This document shows positions 61,701 to 64,000 of a stretch of 64,000 nucleotides of DNA, piece after piece. This DNA comes from Octopus vulgaris (lineage: Eukaryota), in NCBI GenBank assembly GCA_951406725.2, contig OX597823.1, positions 19,344,001 through 19,408,000 on the forward strand, in the 5' to 3' direction. Position numbers and translations under genes: made by a program. Within the stretch, counting starts at the first letter, position 1. The number at the start of each line of letters is the position of its first letter. The notes under the pieces are model-generated. The model saw only the letters and a list, made by a program, of their open reading frames with translations, did not search any database and was not told the DNA's origin.

Positions 61701-63676
61701 TCCATAAGTTTTGAATTAAAAATCTTCCACCAAACCTAACACTAGCTGAATGATAACTAAGTTATTTTACTACATTCTTTGTTATATTTAAAGTAATTGA
61801 AAGAAACACAGATCATCTCAAAATAAATACAGTAACGAAAGGGTTGAGAAACCCACTTAATTCTTCGCTATTTTGCACCGAATGCAAACAAATGGGTATG
61901 CAATGGTCACCCAGAAGTAGTTGACAGTTGTAAGGTTTATTATATAAGTGGTTCTCAACTGGGGTCTGTACAAAAAAATAGTAAATTAGGAATCCACAAT
62001 AGTATTTTAAGGGCCCTTGAGAAAACTTTGTTTTAGATGCGTGAATTGGTATGTACTGCAACAGCTAGGTTTCTTTCGCAAACATTTTAAATGGTTCAAC
62101 CTACAGTTAACATGTGAAGAACAAATTAGGAATTTTGAAAGAAATTTCTCCAAAGCAAGTTTTTAAACATTGAATGGGTGCGTGTTTGTGTGGGGGTGTC
62201 CACCAGAATGAAATAGCCGTCAAGGGTTCCACAGATAAAAAAAAATGGTTGAGAGCCTTTGGTTTATATGATGTAAGTCTTTGAATTGCTTATATGACTG
62301 ACTACAAGTAGTTGATAAGGTAAAAACAGTAGCTAAATCTCATATCATATCTATGCTATACCCATGGGTGAAATATTGAGGAAAGGAATTTGAATTCAAT
62401 GCAGCAAACTAGTGGAACAACCGTTTATATAGAGTGCTCCCTCTTACTACAGACATCATCTTTATTCTTTGATTCCTTTAACTGCTTCAGTCATTGGACT
62501 GTGGCGATGAATGAGCACTGACCAAACCCACCCCAGTACTTATTGCATTTGTCTCTTTTGTCGAAGAATTGCTGTTACAGGGACATACACAAACCAACAC
62601 CGGTTGTCACATGGTGGAGAGACAAACACAAAGTCGTTATTTACAGAAACTAGAAACTAATTAGTTTAGTTGAAAAGAAGCAGTGAAAATGAAACTGTTA
62701 AGAGTAGAAGGGAGAGAGAGAGAGAGAGAGATGATTTTTGAGCAAAACTACTGACCACTTTTGAGACATTTTGCCACTGTGCCATTCCAAGTGCCATTTG
62801 ATAAACAGAGCAGCTGGTGGGCATGGAAATGCGTGTAGCCTGGGTCACACTGGAACAAAGCATAATCGCCTGGTAAATGACCACTGATGGTCATATTACC
62901 ATTCTCCAAGAACTCAATTGAAGGACATCGAATTTCTGAAACAAGAAAATTAAAAGGATATATTTAATACTTAGCTGGGTTTTTTTTAAAAATTTGATTT
63001 TGAGTTTTGTTTCAATTTATTTATTCTTTTACTTGCTTCAATCATTGGACTGCAGTCATGCTAAGGGGTTTAGTCGATCAAATCAATACCAGTATAAATT
63101 TTAAGCCTGGTACTTAAACCAGTATTCTAACATTTACCAACAGCATAACTCACACACAAAGGGAGAGAATCTCTACATAATCATTTAACTAATTAGAAAC
63201 AGCAACACAATTCTATCAAATCACATGCTACCGTCTTAAAACAAGAAGGACACATTGGACAATGTAGATCCTGATAAGCAGACAAATAGGGTGGTCAAAG
63301 CTGGAGTGTGTTTGATTATAGGCCTGTTCAATCAGGACTGACCAAGGATCAAACAAAGACAACACATCACTGAAATATCATTTGAAATACAAAGTCTAAT
63401 AATGAATTGTCAGGTATGGAAACTTACCAATTTCTATGTCTTTTTTGAGGGCTGAAAATTTGGCCACAAAGTTCTTTATAGCCAAGGCAACTGATGGCTT
63501 CCCAATAACCTGAAAGTCAAATCGACATGGTGCTACATCCCCACAGAGCTTAATGGTGCCGTTTCGAAGGTTGTTTTCATCCAGTTTGTCGATGAAAACT
63601 GGTTGGTAATTGTCTTCTTCTGTTGTTGCTGGTTTGTAGGACTTGGAAAACAAACTGTCTTTAGCTGCAACCCTCC
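55975..63676 (-). CDS. 3' part (5 exons) of a SUSD2/Mesh-like type I membrane protein: post-VWD region, Sushi/CCP domain, TM helix, cytoplasmic tail; 5' exons lie beyond the window
   Basis: Exons 63676-63428, 62935-62756, 61031-60902, 58443-58360, 56059-55975 join in frame with GT-AG junctions; stop TAG at 55977-55975. Confidence 0.88.
58360..58443 (-). CDS. Cytoplasmic-tail exon (KDDVPLPPIVRFHKTPQPIFTNSLFLQ)
   Basis: Acceptor tttctcttccccacag, donor GTAAGT, 84 nt, phase 2-2. Confidence 0.85.
59190..59650 (-). mobile_element. SINE/LINE-tail family C ending in (GAT)n, with internal ggtgctttttacgtgccac subrepeats
   Basis: Other copies about 15920-16335, 16545-16800, 22525-22985, 23450-23720, 36360-36700, 38233-38560, 56862-57130, 60002-60245. 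Confidence 0.8.
60258..60831 (+). mobile_element. Internally deleted mariner element with both TIRs
   Basis: TA-flanked TIRs ttgggttgtccgaaaagtttgt / acaaactttctggacaacccaa; N-terminal HTH relic MEDKKVHFRHLML...GRPSTTDDDQIK...TTRELAE with stops. Confidence 0.88.
60902..61031 (-). CDS. Transmembrane exon (VANTGQPEVWYYWAGGTGALLALFLIFLIIFFKFRRLSVRQTF)
   Basis: Acceptor ttggttacag, donor GTAAGT; hydrophobic helix followed by KFRR stop-transfer. Confidence 0.9.
62756..62935 (-). CDS. Sushi/CCP domain exon (IRCPSIEFLENG...FQCDPGY...LCLSNGTWNGTVAKC)
   Basis: Four-Cys Sushi consensus with Trp; acceptor ttcttgtttcag, donor GTCAGT, 180 nt, phase 1-1. Confidence 0.93.
63428..63676 (-). CDS. SUSD2/Mesh-like exon (RVAAKDSLFSKSY...LCGDVAPCRFDFQVIGKPSVALAIK...DIEI)
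   Basis: Acceptor tttcaccaacag, donor GTAAGT, phase 1-1; SLF and CG...CxFD pattern seen after the VWD domain in SUSD2/Mesh/MUC4-type proteins. Confidence 0.87.
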
Positions 63677-64000
63677 CTGTTGGTGAAAGTCAAAATAGCC
63701 CATTGTTTATCATTGGTAAAACACATTTGTAAAATTAGATAGTTTGTGTGACATGAGGAGAGGTGGAGAAAATTCTAATATTGCATGCAGAGGTAGGTTA
63801 GGACTAGAAATGAGAAATGGTTTTGGACGGATGTAAAGAATAAAGTCGAGTGACATGTGTGGAGTGTTGTAAAAGAAGATGGAAAACTGTTCTTTGTCAA
63901 ACCTCAGAATTCACTTAATCTCTCCTCACAGCATGTAAACTTAATCTTATTTCATAAATCTTATCAACGGTTTGCTTGTCAGTGGCATAAAATTTTATGA

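Overview
AT-rich eukaryotic genomic DNA packed with microsatellites and SINEs. The repeat families and gene style suggest an octopus or other coleoid cephalopod (inference). Most ORFs in the supplied track are microsatellite or SINE artefacts. I reconstructed two convergent spliced genes by hand from GT-AG junctions with consistent phases. (1) + strand, 10 coding exons, 5135-41091, 418 aa: signal peptide + JmjC/cupin-8 Fe(II)/2-oxoglutarate dioxygenase domain (HTD...H) + EF-hand + C-terminal HEEL, i.e. a predicted ER-luminal dioxygenase. (2) - strand, last five exons (63676-55975) of a SUSD2/Mesh-like type I membrane protein (post-VWD segment, Sushi domain, TM helix, short tail). Introns and the intergenic region hold tRNA-derived SINEs, LINE, mariner and Tc1 relics, nested piggyBac-type elements, a Helitron, MITEs and a 149-bp tandem repeat. 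The most striking unannotated signal is a set of about nine type I hammerhead-ribozyme motifs of the Penelope/retrozyme kind. Three have complete cores (17302+, 43066+, 51093-). One lies inside a long inverted repeat downstream of the SUSD2-like stop codon, and one ends a tRNA-headed SINE-like element with Penelope-style inverted ends.
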